The position numbers and the translations under genes were made by a program. A stretch of DNA of 64,000 bases from a virus (lineage: Duplodnaviria > Caudoviricetes), in IMG/VR virus record IMGVR_UViG_3300045391_001467, positions 17,755 through 81,754 of that record; one strand, written 5' to 3'. Of this stretch, positions 9,227 to 20,200 are shown piece after piece (the first letter of the stretch is position 1; the number at the start of each line of letters is the position of its first letter). The notes under the pieces were generated by a model. That model saw only the letters and a list, made by a program, of their open reading frames with translations, did not search any database and was not told the DNA's origin.

Positions 9227-9251
9227 TTAAAGTATTTTAAAGGATAATTAG

Positions 9252-9689
9252 ATGACAATTCAAAGTACAGCCGGAAGTACTATCTCGATTGGCGCGGCTC
9301 CAGCAACGTATGATGCAGCAGGTTTTGGTGCGGTATCTTACACAGAAATTGGTGAGGTAAATGATCTAGGTGAGTTTAGCCTTGCAACATACAATGAGAT
9401 TAAGGCTAATAGCGTAGGAAATCGGAGAGTTAGCAAGCTAAAAGGTTCCTATGAAAATGGAACAATGACTGTCAAAGTTAATCTCGATAGTGATGATACA
9501 GGTCAAACTGCTGCCAAGACAGCCCTAGATTCTGATGCAGATCATTCTGTCAAGATTGTTTTACAAGATGGCTCAATTTACTATGTGGCAGCTAAGGTGA
9601 TGAGCTTCAAGATTTCTCTAGGAGGTGTTGATAACATTACGATGGGAACCATTGATCTAGCACTAAACTCTGATGTTGTGGAAGCATAA
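9252..9689 (+). CDS. major tail tube protein
   Basis: EIGEVNDLGEF, KLKGSYENGTMT and DTGQ motifs of sipho tail tube proteins. Confidence 0.85.
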   Translation: MTIQSTAGSTISIGAAPATYDAAGFGAVSYTEIGEVNDLGEFSLATYNEIKANSVGNRRVSKLKGSYENGTMTVKVNLDSDDTGQTAAKTALDSDADHSVKIVLQDGSIYYVAAKVMSFKISLGGVDNITMGTIDLALNSDVVEA

Positions 9690-9705
9690 TTCTCATTAAT
9701 GAGAA
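9690..9705. promoter_or_regulatory. TTCTCA-N4-TGAGAA palindrome, copy 1
   Basis: TTCTCATTAATGAGAA, exact half-sites. Confidence 0.55.
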
Positions 9706-9737
9706 AAGAAGCCCTCCATGAGAGGGTTTTTCTTTCT
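9702..9737 (+). terminator. intrinsic terminator after tail tube gene
   Basis: GCCCTC-CATGA-GAGGGT then TTTTCTTTCT, A-rich 5' flank. Confidence 0.7.
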
Positions 9738-9832
9738 GTGCTTTTATTGAAGAGTACAGAACGAAGTGAAAAGAAGCCTACGCAGATAGGCAATAACAAA
9801 ACTTATTTAAATATCTATCTAAAGGAACTAAA

Positions 9833-10234
9833 ATGGCACTTGACCTATCTACACTCGCATTGAGTGAATCTACCGAATACCAACTGCGTCATCCCGGTAC
9901 GGATGAGCTTCTCTTTGCAGACGAAGAAAAAACGCAGCCCATCACAGCCATTATCTATGGCACAAGCTCTAAACAACATAGGAATGCAATTACAGCTTTG
10001 CAGAATAAGATTCTAAAGCGTGGTAAAGCCAAAGGTACTGCAGAATCAATGCGAGAAGACGGTATTGACATTCTTGTTGCTTGTACAGATCGCTTTAATA
10101 ATCTAACATACAACGGTGCAGCAGTTAATACTGATGCGACACTTCGTGCTCTTTATAGTGATCCTCAATTTGGCTGGATTAAATCTCAAATTGAAGAAGC
10201 TATAGAAGATACATCAGCTTTTTTGGGAAAGTAA
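9833..10234 (+). CDS. tail assembly chaperone (gpG-like)
   Basis: Between tail tube and tape measure; ends in G GGA AAG TAA. Confidence 0.85.
   Translation: MALDLSTLALSESTEYQLRHPGTDELLFADEEKTQPITAIIYGTSSKQHRNAITALQNKILKRGKAKGTAESMREDGIDILVACTDRFNNLTYNGAAVNTDATLRALYSDPQFGWIKSQIEEAIEDTSAFLGK
10225..10231 (+). other. -1 ribosomal frameshift slippery site GGGAAAG
   Basis: X XXY YYZ phase is correct; same heptamer as lambda G-T; -1 frame open to 10665. Confidence 0.9.
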
Positions 10235-10665
10235 TTGAGGACTTATGCCTTTATGCAAGGCATTTAGCTTGGCTACATGCTAAGCCAAAAGACAAAGATA
10301 AGACAAGACTGCAGGCATACCAAGAGGTTGATCCTGCAGGATTAGAATATCCACCGACAGATGGTTTAGAACATGTTGTGTCCCATTTCCGTGAGTCAGG
10401 GATGATGTGCTATACAGGTATGGGCATAAGTCCTCTTACATGGTCTGAAATTGACTCTTGGCTTTCTAGAACTCAGCTTGAAATCCCCATATGGGAGATT
10501 TTATCAATTCGTGAAATGAGCATGGCCTATGTGGGAGAGTATAATCAAGCTTCCGATGAAGATAGACCTCCTCCGTATGCTTCACAAGCAATCAAACAAC
10601 TTCAAAAACAAAAAGTAAACAACGATTTAAAGTCCTTCCTAAAATCCTCAACGAGAGCAAAATAA
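10225..10665 (+). CDS. gpT-like segment of frameshifted G-T chaperone (about 277 aa fusion)
   Basis: -1 frame from 10225 is open and includes ORF 10378-10665 (PLTWSEIDSW motif). Confidence 0.85.
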   Translation, partial: GKVIEDLCLYARHLAWLHAKPKDKDKTRLQAYQEVDPAGLEYPPTDGLEHVVSHFRESGMMCYTGMGISPLTWSEIDSWLSRTQLEIPIWEILSIREMSMAYVGEYNQASDEDRPPPYASQAIKQLQKQKVNNDLKSFLKSSTRAK

Positions 10666-13600
10666 ATGGCAATCGACGTATCCCAACTTACCGTTAAAGT
10701 AATCTCTGAGGGGATTGACAAAGCTACTGAAAGTTTAAATAAGCTTGCAGATGCCTCTAGCAGAGTGGAGTCTAGCACACTTATAGTGAAGACTGCTACA
10801 GAAGCTTCTGATCAGTCTGTAAGTAAAGTAACTAAAACTACTTCGTCTTACATAGATAGATTACGAACCAAAGTAGATTTATTAGGAAAAGATACTGCAC
10901 AAACAGCAGCATATATTGCTGCGCAGAAGGGATTAAGTTCTTCAGACATCGCTCTGGCGAGTTCTCTTGGAGCACAAATAGATGCGTTTAAAGCTCGAAC
11001 TAAGGAAGTAAGAGAAGCAGAAGCTGCAGAAAAAGCCCTACAGGCTACCCAAGCTCGTGGGAATGCCTTGAATTTAGCAGGGCAAAGGGCAGCAGAATGG
11101 AAAAAGTTAGGTGAAGCTCAAGCAGAGGCTTTGCGGATGAATAAGGAGTATGACCTTTTTTCTGCTGCACATGAAGAAGCTTTAGCAATGAATGCAGCTT
11201 TGGATGAGTCATCGAAAAGGTATAAGCAAATTGCAGTAGATGCGATTGCACGCGGTCAAGCTCAGAACTTAGAGATACAAGCTACTAGATTAGCTTCTAA
11301 TGAAGTTAGTAAAGCCACATCCTATTCTAATGACTTAGCAAAATCGCAGAGCGCACAAATGGCGTCTGCTACTAAACTAGATGGTATACAAAAGTCCCTA
11401 GTTAATACCACAAAAATGAAATCAACGGCACAAGCAGAAGATGCAGCATCTATCTCTGCTTTACTTCAATCTATTGACCCACTAGAAAGAAAATTAGCTA
11501 AACTGGATGCAACTGAGAGGTTACTTACTTCAGCATTTAAAGCAGGAAAAGTGGATGCAGATGTTTATGCTGCAGCCTTAAGTAAAATTAGTTTAGCTAG
11601 GGATACTACTTCTGAAAAACAGTTAGAAAATGTAGCTAAGAATGCTTCAACGGCGGGAGAGGCACTAAAAGCGTTTTCTCTTAAGTCTGTAATGGCTCAA
11701 CGTGAGCTTATGGTTATGGGCAGAGAAATTGCAAGGGGAGATTGGACACGATTTGTTGGGTCTGCATCAATATTTGTAGATAGAGCTGGTTTAATGAATG
11801 CTGCTTTACTAGCCTTAAAAAGCCCTGTAACTGCAGTTGTGGCTGCATTGGCTGGTTTAGCTATTGCAGCAGAAGTAGGTGCTAATGAATCTAATAAGTT
11901 TAATCAAGCGTTAATTCTTACAGGAAATTACGCAGGTATTACCACGGCACAAATGCAATCATTTGCTCAGGGAATGAAGGATATTTCCGGACAACATGCT
12001 GCTGCCCAAGCTCTTACAGAAGTAGCTAACACTGGAAGATTTGCAGGGGACCAAGTAGTTTTAGTAGGTAAAGCTGCCTTGCAGATGGAGAAAATGACAG
12101 GGCAAGCTGTGGAGAAGACAATTAAGCAGTTTGAAGATTTGTCTAAAAGTCCTGTTGAAGCTATTTACAAGCTTGATGAGCAATATCACTTCTTAACGGC
12201 AGATGTTTATGAGCAAATTAGAGCCCTTGATGAGCAAGGAAAACATCAAGAAGCTTCTGATCTTGCAATGAAGACTTATGCTGATACGATAGATAAACGA
12301 TCCCCTCAAATTCTAGAGAACCTAGGCTATATTGAAAAGGGATGGGCCGCTATTAAAAAGATCATGGTGGATGTTGTTAATAGTGCAGAAGGGCTAGGAA
12401 GAACTAAATCATTAGAAGACCAAAAGAAAGTGCTAGAGGGGATGCTTTCTTCCTCTAAGATAAAGGATGTTTCTGCCTTTGGCCCATCAGATAGTGAAGT
12501 CAGAAAAGAGATTCAATCGAAGCTGGATGTGATAAATGAAGCCATTCGTATGGCTAATAGAGCAGCCACGGAAACAGCCGAAAACACTAGAATACAATCT
12601 GCTGGAAAAGAAGCTTTAAAAGGGATTGACGATCATCTAGAAAAAATGAAGGGTGAAATAAGGCTTCAGAAAGAGATTAATGAAATCACACAAAGATATA
12701 TTAATCTTAGAAAAGCCGAGCAGAACGCTCCTAGTAAAGCTTACGAGGATAAGCTAGCAGGTGTAACTTTTGATGAAAAAGGTAATCCTAGTGGCGGTTT
12801 GTTTCAACAGGAAGTGGAGGATGCCAAGCGTAAGAACAAAATAGCTTCCCCTCGGACAAATGAATACGGTATTGATGCAGCTTTACAAGCAAATAAAAAC
12901 AAAATACAAGAAGTAGCAGATGGGTTAAGAGAATCTCTGGATAGAATTAAATCCCAATATAATAGGGGTGAAATAGACACTGAAACTTATCTTCGTAACG
13001 AGTTTTTAAGAAAAGATGAAGCTTATGCTAAAGAATATGATCTAGCGGAAAAGAATCTTGAGATTGCAAAAGGTAAGAAGAATGTAGCAGCAGTAGAAAA
13101 AGCTGAAAAAGAAATTAAAAAAATACAAGATGAAGCTTATTTAAATACATCGCAATACATTGAAAGCTTAAATACTCTTGACAAGAAAAGGCAAGACAAC
13201 GTTAAAAAGCTTACAGACAGCTTGGTAGCTGAGTATAACGCCAGACAAGAAGAGATAGACAACACTTTAAATAGTAGTGGACTTGGGGCAAAAGCTCAAG
13301 ATGCTTTGGCTAGAGAATTACAAGCTAGGAGAGCATTCAATACCGAGATGAAGCGACTTGATGCTGAGTTACTGAAAGGTGAGCAGCATGGTGGGATTAA
13401 TACAGATACTTACAACAAAGAGACTGAAGTTCTTCGTCAAAATCTAGAAAAAAGATTAGCCCAAGAACGAAAATTTTCCTCTGACAAATTAGAAGCAGAA
13501 GCTAATTGGACAAACGGTGCCAAAAGGGCTTTAAATGATTACCAAGAGAGTGCAAACAATGTAGCAGCACAAACTCAAAATGTCTTTGCAGATGGGTTCA

Positions 13601-14136
13601 AAGGCATGGAAGATGCTCTCACCACCTTCATCACAACAGGTAAATTAAGCTTTGGTTCTCTAGTACAGTCTATCTTAAATGGTATGGCTAGAATAGAAGC
13701 AAGGAGGTTTTTATCTAGTTTGATGGGTGGAAGCTCTGGGGGAGGATTTCTTGGACCACTGTTATCTCTAGGTATTACTGCTTTTGGTGGGTATGGCGCT
13801 AGTGCAGGGTTATCAGGTGATGCAGCAACTATCGCTAACGGTGTAGCTGAAGCAGGAGGTATTCCTAATTATTATGCGGATGGTGGTGATCCGCCAGTTA
13901 ATCAGCCATCAATAGTAGGTGAACGCGGCCCTGAATTATTCGTTCCTAAACAAGCAGGAACAATTATACCTAATGAAAAATTAGGGGGAAACAGTACACA
14001 GATTACTTATTCCCCTGTTATTAACATTGATAGCCGCTCGGATAGGGCACAAGTAATGCAAGATGTACAAAATTCTATTAAAGCTGGACATGCACAGCTT
14101 TTAGATGATTTAAGAAGAAGAAGGATTATAACATAA
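10666..14136 (+). CDS. tail tape measure protein (lambda-like)
   Basis: 1156 aa helical; FNQALILTGNYAG and lambda-type C-terminus (VGERGPELFVP). Confidence 0.95.
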   Translation: MAIDVSQLTVKVISEGIDKATESLNKLADASSRVESSTLIVKTATEASDQSVSKVTKTTSSYIDRLRTKVDLLGKDTAQTAAYIAAQKGLSSSDIALASSLGAQIDAFKARTKEVREAEAAEKALQATQARGNALNLAGQRAAEWKKLGEAQAEALRMNKEYDLFSAAHEEALAMNAALDESSKRYKQIAVDAIARGQAQNLEIQATRLASNEVSKATSYSNDLAKSQSAQMASATKLDGIQKSLVNTTKMKSTAQAEDAASISALLQSIDPLERKLAKLDATERLLTSAFKAGKVDADVYAAALSKISLARDTTSEKQLENVAKNASTAGEALKAFSLKSVMAQRELMVMGREIARGDWTRFVGSASIFVDRAGLMNAALLALKSPVTAVVAALAGLAIAAEVGANESNKFNQALILTGNYAGITTAQMQSFAQGMKDISGQHAAAQALTEVANTGRFAGDQVVLVGKAALQMEKMTGQAVEKTIKQFEDLSKSPVEAIYKLDEQYHFLTADVYEQIRALDEQGKHQEASDLAMKTYADTIDKRSPQILENLGYIEKGWAAIKKIMVDVVNSAEGLGRTKSLEDQKKVLEGMLSSSKIKDVSAFGPSDSEVRKEIQSKLDVINEAIRMANRAATETAENTRIQSAGKEALKGIDDHLEKMKGEIRLQKEINEITQRYINLRKAEQNAPSKAYEDKLAGVTFDEKGNPSGGLFQQEVEDAKRKNKIASPRTNEYGIDAALQANKNKIQEVADGLRESLDRIKSQYNRGEIDTETYLRNEFLRKDEAYAKEYDLAEKNLEIAKGKKNVAAVEKAEKEIKKIQDEAYLNTSQYIESLNTLDKKRQDNVKKLTDSLVAEYNARQEEIDNTLNSSGLGAKAQDALARELQARRAFNTEMKRLDAELLKGEQHGGINTDTYNKETEVLRQNLEKRLAQERKFSSDKLEAEANWTNGAKRALNDYQESANNVAAQTQNVFADGFKGMEDALTTFITTGKLSFGSLVQSILNGMARIEARRFLSSLMGGSSGGGFLGPLLSLGITAFGGYGASAGLSGDAATIANGVAEAGGIPNYYADGGDPPVNQPSIVGERGPELFVPKQAGTIIPNEKLGGNSTQITYSPVINIDSRSDRAQVMQDVQNSIKAGHAQLLDDLRRRRIIT

Positions 14137-15338
14137 TGACGTTAGATGCAAAAACATTTTCTCAATTAATTACGTTTTCTCGGTCAACAACAGGGACTAG
14201 GAGAACTGCAGCAGGTTTGGTAGAAACAGTGGCAATTAATCAGCCGCGTTTTGATTTCGATCCATTGACAGGTCAAGCTCTAGGAATTTTGATTGAAGAG
14301 TCACGGACGAATTTACTGACTTATTCAGAGCAACTTGATAACGCAGCTTGGAGTAAGACGAGGTCAAGTGTTTCAGCTAATGCAACTACCGCGCCTGATG
14401 GTACAACAACAGCAGACAAGATTGTAGAAGATTCCACTGCAACTAGTACCCATTTTATCGTACAGACAGCATCTGTTGTAAGTGGTACAACCTACACTTA
14501 CTCTGGATTTTTTAAGGCGGCAGGCCGTTCAACATTTCTCTTCTATGCATCATCTCTAGGGGCAAATGTACAAGTTGACCTTACTGCAAAGACTGCGACA
14601 GGCGGGGGTACTGGATTTGTATCATGCTCAATTGAAGAATATCCAAATAGCTGGTTCCGCGTAAAGTTGACGTATACAGAAAATACAACAGCAGCTAGGT
14701 CCCATGCTGTATTTCTGTCATCAAGTGGAAATACCACCTATTCTGGGGATGGCTCATCTGGTATTTATGCATGGGGGCTACAGCTTGAAGTAGGGACATT
14801 TGCTACATCTTATATCTTCACAACTTCAGCACAAGTCACCCGAGCAGCAGACGTAGCAACGATTTCTACATCGTCCATTCCAAGCTTTAATGCAAGTGAA
14901 GGGACACTGGTTGTTGAAGCTATTCCTTACAACGCGAACTCTGCAGCAGATGGGTCTTCGCAAGCTCCTGCTGTTATTGCGGTAGATGGAGGTTCCATTG
15001 CGAATGAAATTGCAGTTCAGCGTGATGCCACAACCAATCTTCCAAGAGGTTTTGTTCGTGTCAGTAATGCACTGCAAGCCTCTATGGCAGGGGCAGTTGC
15101 ATGGTCGTCCGGCACATCGGGGAAGATTGCGGTGGCCTACAAGTCGAATGATTTTGCGTTCGTTTTCAATGGTGGAACGGTAATCACTGACACAGCAGGC
15201 TCTGTTCCAACAGTGACAACACTTAGATTGGGTTCAAGAGCAGGAGGGGTTGGATATTGGAGTGGACGTATTAAAAGTGTCACATATTATCCATCACGTC
15301 TAACGAACGCAGAATTGCAGCAGGTGACAACACCATGA
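14136..15338 (+). CDS. lectin-fold virion protein (carbohydrate-binding plus LamG/ConA-like domains)
   Basis: GILIEESRTNLL, APDGTTTADK, WGLQLE.G.FATSYI motifs; C-terminal beta sandwich. Confidence 0.7.
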   Translation: MTLDAKTFSQLITFSRSTTGTRRTAAGLVETVAINQPRFDFDPLTGQALGILIEESRTNLLTYSEQLDNAAWSKTRSSVSANATTAPDGTTTADKIVEDSTATSTHFIVQTASVVSGTTYTYSGFFKAAGRSTFLFYASSLGANVQVDLTAKTATGGGTGFVSCSIEEYPNSWFRVKLTYTENTTAARSHAVFLSSSGNTTYSGDGSSGIYAWGLQLEVGTFATSYIFTTSAQVTRAADVATISTSSIPSFNASEGTLVVEAIPYNANSAADGSSQAPAVIAVDGGSIANEIAVQRDATTNLPRGFVRVSNALQASMAGAVAWSSGTSGKIAVAYKSNDFAFVFNGGTVITDTAGSVPTVTTLRLGSRAGGVGYWSGRIKSVTYYPSRLTNAELQQVTTP

Positions 15339-15601
15339 TTCATTATCTTAAATTTTCAGATAGTGAAGAATACCAATCTTTGCTATCTGAAGTGGCTGAC
15401 GATGTAAAATCTTTATTAACACTTGATGAAATCGGTACTATTTTTCAAGGCGGGGAATACGCTGAAGATGGTACTGAAGTTTCTCCTGCTGTCGCTTTAA
15501 ACGGTTGGCATGTGAATGTGCTAGGAGAGCTTCCAGAGGATTGGAAGCAGTACGAGATTCAAACTCCTAACACCCCAACCCGTATTTTTGCAGGGTATTG
15601 A
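15335..15601 (+). CDS. small acidic partner/chaperone of the lectin protein
   Basis: 88 aa, ATGA overlap with upstream gene, GWHVNV motif. Confidence 0.55.
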   Translation: MIHYLKFSDSEEYQSLLSEVADDVKSLLTLDEIGTIFQGGEYAEDGTEVSPAVALNGWHVNVLGELPEDWKQYEIQTPNTPTRIFAGY

Positions 15602-16272
15602 TCATGTCAGTAATTTCTTTTTCTGATTCTCTTTCAGTCAGTAAAATGACATGGGCACAATATCGTAATGATCTTGAGTTTAGAAGTAGCTTTGGTGCGC
15701 AAGCAGTAGAAATTTCCCCCCCATGTTGGATGGTTACAGTGGAAGCTACCCCTATGAACGAAGCTGACTCTGGGGCATGGAAAGCGTTTGTGATGCAGAC
15801 TAGGGGCAAAACCAATCAAGTTTCAATTCATGACCTTAATAGACCAGCTCCGCTAGGAACCTTACGCGGAACAGTAACCCTCTTGAATAGTGTAAGTCAG
15901 GGTGCCACCACCATGACAATTAATGGTGGTTATGACGCTGCAGGTAAAACCTTAGTTGCTGGGGATTTGTTGGGGCTTGGAACAGGGACTACACAACAGT
16001 TGGTAATGGTTACTGCTGATGCTTCTAGTTCCTCTGAAACTAGGTCTATGTTTTTAGATTTTGCGAATAACTTGTATTCTGCTGGAACAGTAGGGGATAT
16101 CACTATCACGTTTGAACCCGCTCTCCGTAATGCTTTTACGGCTGGAGCAGCAATTACTTGGGATAAGCCTACAGCATTATTCCGACGTAAAGACTCTCAG
16201 GTAGCTTGGGAATACTCAGATTGTTTAACTAGTGGTTTCTCAATGCAATTTATTGAAGACTGGCGTGCATAA
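15598..16272 (+). CDS. distal tail protein (Dit-like)
   Basis: FVMQTRGKTN and ITFEPALR motifs; position. Confidence 0.7.
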   Translation: MIMSVISFSDSLSVSKMTWAQYRNDLEFRSSFGAQAVEISPPCWMVTVEATPMNEADSGAWKAFVMQTRGKTNQVSIHDLNRPAPLGTLRGTVTLLNSVSQGATTMTINGGYDAAGKTLVAGDLLGLGTGTTQQLVMVTADASSSSETRSMFLDFANNLYSAGTVGDITITFEPALRNAFTAGAAITWDKPTALFRRKDSQVAWEYSDCLTSGFSMQFIEDWRA

Positions 16273-16284
16273 TAAGGATAAAAG

Positions 16285-16866
16285 ATGACAATACTTTCTA
16301 CAGCTCAACAAGCAGAAGTAGAAAAGCCAGTCACTAGGGTAGTATATTTTGCTGAGTTTCATTTTGAAAGTGGAACTCAGTATTTATCTTCTCTTGTTGG
16401 CACGTATACTTGGGGCGGTCATGATTGGATTGGGCTTGGTGCAGCAGGTGGAATTAGCGCAGTAGAAGAAGCAGATTCTGTAGATGCCAAATCTTTAGAG
16501 TTTACCTTAAATATTGCAGTGCAATCTTACCTTGCTTTAGCCATTGGTGCAGTTGAAGAGTATAGGGGCAGGATTGCAAAGCTGTATATGTGCCCTCTTG
16601 ACGAAAATTTTACATTAGTAGGAACACCTGTAGTTTGCTGGACTGGCATCATGGATACAATGAGTGCAGGTGTTGATAAAGATGGAAGTGGGCAGATAGT
16701 GCTGAAATGTGAAACTGCTGCTTATGGTCTGAAAAGGCAACCAGCCCTGAGAATGACCCCAGAGCAACAAAAGCAAAGGCATCCAAACGACACAGGTTTT
16801 GATTACTTGTCTGACATTATCAATAAACCACAAACTTGGCTTTCCATTAAATTCCAGCGGGTGTAA
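16285..16866 (+). CDS. minor tail / baseplate hub protein (gpL-like position)
   Basis: YTWGGHDWIGLG and DTGFDYL motifs. Confidence 0.7.
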   Translation: MTILSTAQQAEVEKPVTRVVYFAEFHFESGTQYLSSLVGTYTWGGHDWIGLGAAGGISAVEEADSVDAKSLEFTLNIAVQSYLALAIGAVEEYRGRIAKLYMCPLDENFTLVGTPVVCWTGIMDTMSAGVDKDGSGQIVLKCETAAYGLKRQPALRMTPEQQKQRHPNDTGFDYLSDIINKPQTWLSIKFQRV

Positions 16867-16875
16867 TTTATTCAT

Positions 16876-17238
16876 ATGACGTTATCAGAATATGTAGAAC
16901 AATCATTTCATAGACCATTTAAGTGGGGTGAGCATGATTGCACACTGTTCGTCATAAATTGGATAAAAGAAGCTACCGGAAAAGACTTCCTAGAGACTTT
17001 ACCAAAGTGGAACTCAGAAAGAGAAGCTTTGGGGTTAATAAAGTCTCTAGGAGGCTTAGAGAAAGCTTGTGACGACAGATTAAAAAGAATACCAGTTGTG
17101 CAAGCCAAGAATGGAGATATCGGGATGATAGATAAATCTTTGTGCTTATTTATAGGCCCAAGAATTGTCGCAACAGGGGTTAATGGTTTGATATATTTTA
17201 ATAGAGGTGATGCCAAATGCGCTTGGCAATATTATTAG
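16876..17238 (+). CDS. NlpC/P60-like tail assembly protein (gpK-like)
   Basis: PFKWGEHDCTLF catalytic Cys motif, GDIG. Confidence 0.8.
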   Translation: MTLSEYVEQSFHRPFKWGEHDCTLFVINWIKEATGKDFLETLPKWNSEREALGLIKSLGGLEKACDDRLKRIPVVQAKNGDIGMIDKSLCLFIGPRIVATGVNGLIYFNRGDAKCAWQYY

Positions 17239-20200
17239 TGTGGTTGCTGTCGCCTATGGCAGCTTTTTCAGCACCAGCAGTAGCAGCAGTAGCTGCATGG
17301 GTTTCTACCAATGTAGTTCTTACGCAGGTACTACTCACAATTGCAATGGCTGCATATGGTAATGCAAGACGTAGGCGAGCAGAGCGAGCAGCAAAAGATG
17401 CTTACAACAATAGCTTAGCTGACAGAACTATTACTTCTGTAGCAACAGATTCCCCTTATGTTTATGTGTATGGTAGGGCAAGGGTAGGTAGTGCTGTTCG
17501 GGCTATTTTTACATCAGGGGATAAAGACCAATATAAACATCTTGTATGTGTGCATGCAGCTCATGAATGTGATGCTATTGAAGAAATTTATATTGCAGGT
17601 AAAGCGCTTGGAACGCTTGATGCAGATGGACTTGTAACATCTGGTGATTACTATAAGCTAGCCACTCATGCCGTTGAGCATGAGATGACCACTAACACAT
17701 ATACCGTGGATCAAACCGGGATAGTGGCTGACAGTGTTGGGGTGGTTTATGAAGATTCAAATAATGGTGGTGGTGGGCAAGTTGAATTCACTTACAGTGG
17801 TGGTGTAGTTACTGTTGACCCAGAACTATTTACTTCATTATCTACTTCTGCAAAAGTCTATGTTAAGTGGTATTACACTACAAACGCATCTCGGGTACGT
17901 GTTAAAAAACACTTAGGTACTGCAGGTGATCCAGTTGATTCTTATCTGCATGGATTACTTCCTACTAAATGGCCTACTACAGCAACGTTGGATGGGTTCT
18001 GCTACACAGTAATTACATTAGACTTGAATCAACCTGAGTTTCAATCAGGTATCCCAGCTATTGAAGTTTTGTTGCGTGGTAAGAAAGTATATGATCCAAG
18101 AACAGATACTACTGTATGGAGTCAAAATCCCGCCCTGATCATCAATGATTATCTGACTAGCGAAATGTGTGGAGTAGACTCGTCAGACATTCCACAGGAC
18201 TATCTAATCTCTGCTGCTAATGATTGCGATGAAGTTGTTGCAATGGCTGAGATTGATTCTAATGGTAGCTATGTTTCCGGTGCTCGTTATACATTCAACG
18301 GCACTGTGACATCAGAGCAGAATCAACAAGAAGTATTGAATCAGATGGCAGATTCTATGGGTGGTGGTATTACATCTACTTCTTGGAAAATGTGGGCCGG
18401 TGTTTACACCGCACCTGTATTATCTCTTACTCAAGATGACATTGTAGGCTCTATTTCTATTACTCCGGGTGTATCTGATGCTGACTTGTTTAATGGTGTA
18501 AAAGGCCAATATGCAAATGGCCTTAATAATTACGTAACATCAGACTACAAGCCTTACCAAAACAGCACATATGTTACAGGTGACGGTAGGGAGCTTTGGC
18601 ATAATCTAGACTTCCCTTACACAGATAATGTACAGCGCGTTTGGAATCTTTGCAGAATATTCACTGAAGATCAACGGAATAGTTACACAGTGACTGCCGA
18701 GTTTTCAATGAAAGCTTGGGATATCAACGTAGGGGATAGGGTGTATTTGACAAGTGACTTGTTTGGCTGGTCAAATAAAGTATTTCGAGTTGTAGATAAG
18801 AAGTTTTCTCCCTCATCCCCTGTAGAGTTGTCCCTAAAGGAAGATGCTAGTTCTATTTGGGATTTTGTTGATGCAGCAGAGCTAGATGAAACACCTAACA
18901 CTGACTTACCAAATCCTTTTGATGTTGAAGAACTAACTTCTTTGACTTGTTCATCAGGTGATGATGATTTGTTACTACAAGCGGATGGTACAGTAGTTTC
19001 TCGTATTAAAGTTGAGTGGCCTGAAGCTACAACACAAGCTGTATTTACTAATGGGCTTATTGAAGTAGAATGGTTAAGAACTGGTGAATCTGTTTGGAAT
19101 AAGGTAGTCGTATCTGGAAATGAAACGGGTGCATATCTTTCTCCTGCGCATGATGGTAGTTTTTATACAATACGGGCAAGAGCGGTTAATCCATATTTTA
19201 ACGTAAAATCAGATTGGATTTATACTCTCCATCAAGTAGTAGGTAAGAGTGCTAATCCACCAGATGTTACGGGGTTTGCTGTTTCAGTGTTAAGTGATGC
19301 TACAAGACATTTCTCTTGGACAGTATCAGACCAGCCTGTCGATGTATTACATGGTGGTGGGTATATTATCAAGTATAGAACTGCTGGTAGCGGTACTCCT
19401 TTTGCATCAATGACTCCTTTGCATACGGGATTACTTACTCAGTCACCTTATGATACAAGAAGTCCTGCTGCAGGTACATATGACTTTGCTATTGCGGCAT
19501 TGGACAGTAGTGGTAATGAGTCTGCTAGTGCAGCATTGGTGAGTAGCGTAGTTATTACAGACACTAGCACAGCTTCAACTGCACTAGCAGCAGCAAATGC
19601 AGCTCAGGCAGACGCTACAAGCGCCCTTAGCCAATTGAGTGATATTGCCAATGATAACTTGTTAGTACCTTCTGAGAAGACAAGTGTAATTGGAAACTAC
19701 TCTGTTATTACAGGTGAACAAGCAGGTATTGACGCACAAGCTACAGCTTATGGTATTACTACCGAGAAAACGGCTTATGATAGTGCTGTGTCTACTCTTA
19801 CTACCTACTTAGGAACTTTAACATCTCCTGTAGCATGGAATAATACTTCTGGTAATACAACAATTGTAGGTTCTACATTTAGAACAAACTTTGCGAATGT
19901 TTATACTACTCGGCAAGCATTATTGAATGCTATTTATGCTGCAGCCAAGACTCTTGCAAATAATGCACAAACTACAGCTAATACTGCCGTAACTAATGCT
20001 GCTGCTGCACAAACTGATGCTACAAATGCTTTGAGTCAGCTATCTAGTATTACTAGCGATAGCATTCTTGCTAAGAATGAGAAGATTCCTGTCATCAAAG
20101 ATGTGAATTCTATTCTTAATGATTTTGTAAAGAATAGAATTCAAGCTGATGCTTTCGGCGTTTCTCATACAGATTATGATAACGCTGTGTGGGCATTGTG

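Noticed and set aside
14826-15815. Reverse-strand ORFs in lectin and Dit genes as a hidden variable-region cassette
   Set aside because: No template/variable repeat pair or invertible repeats seen
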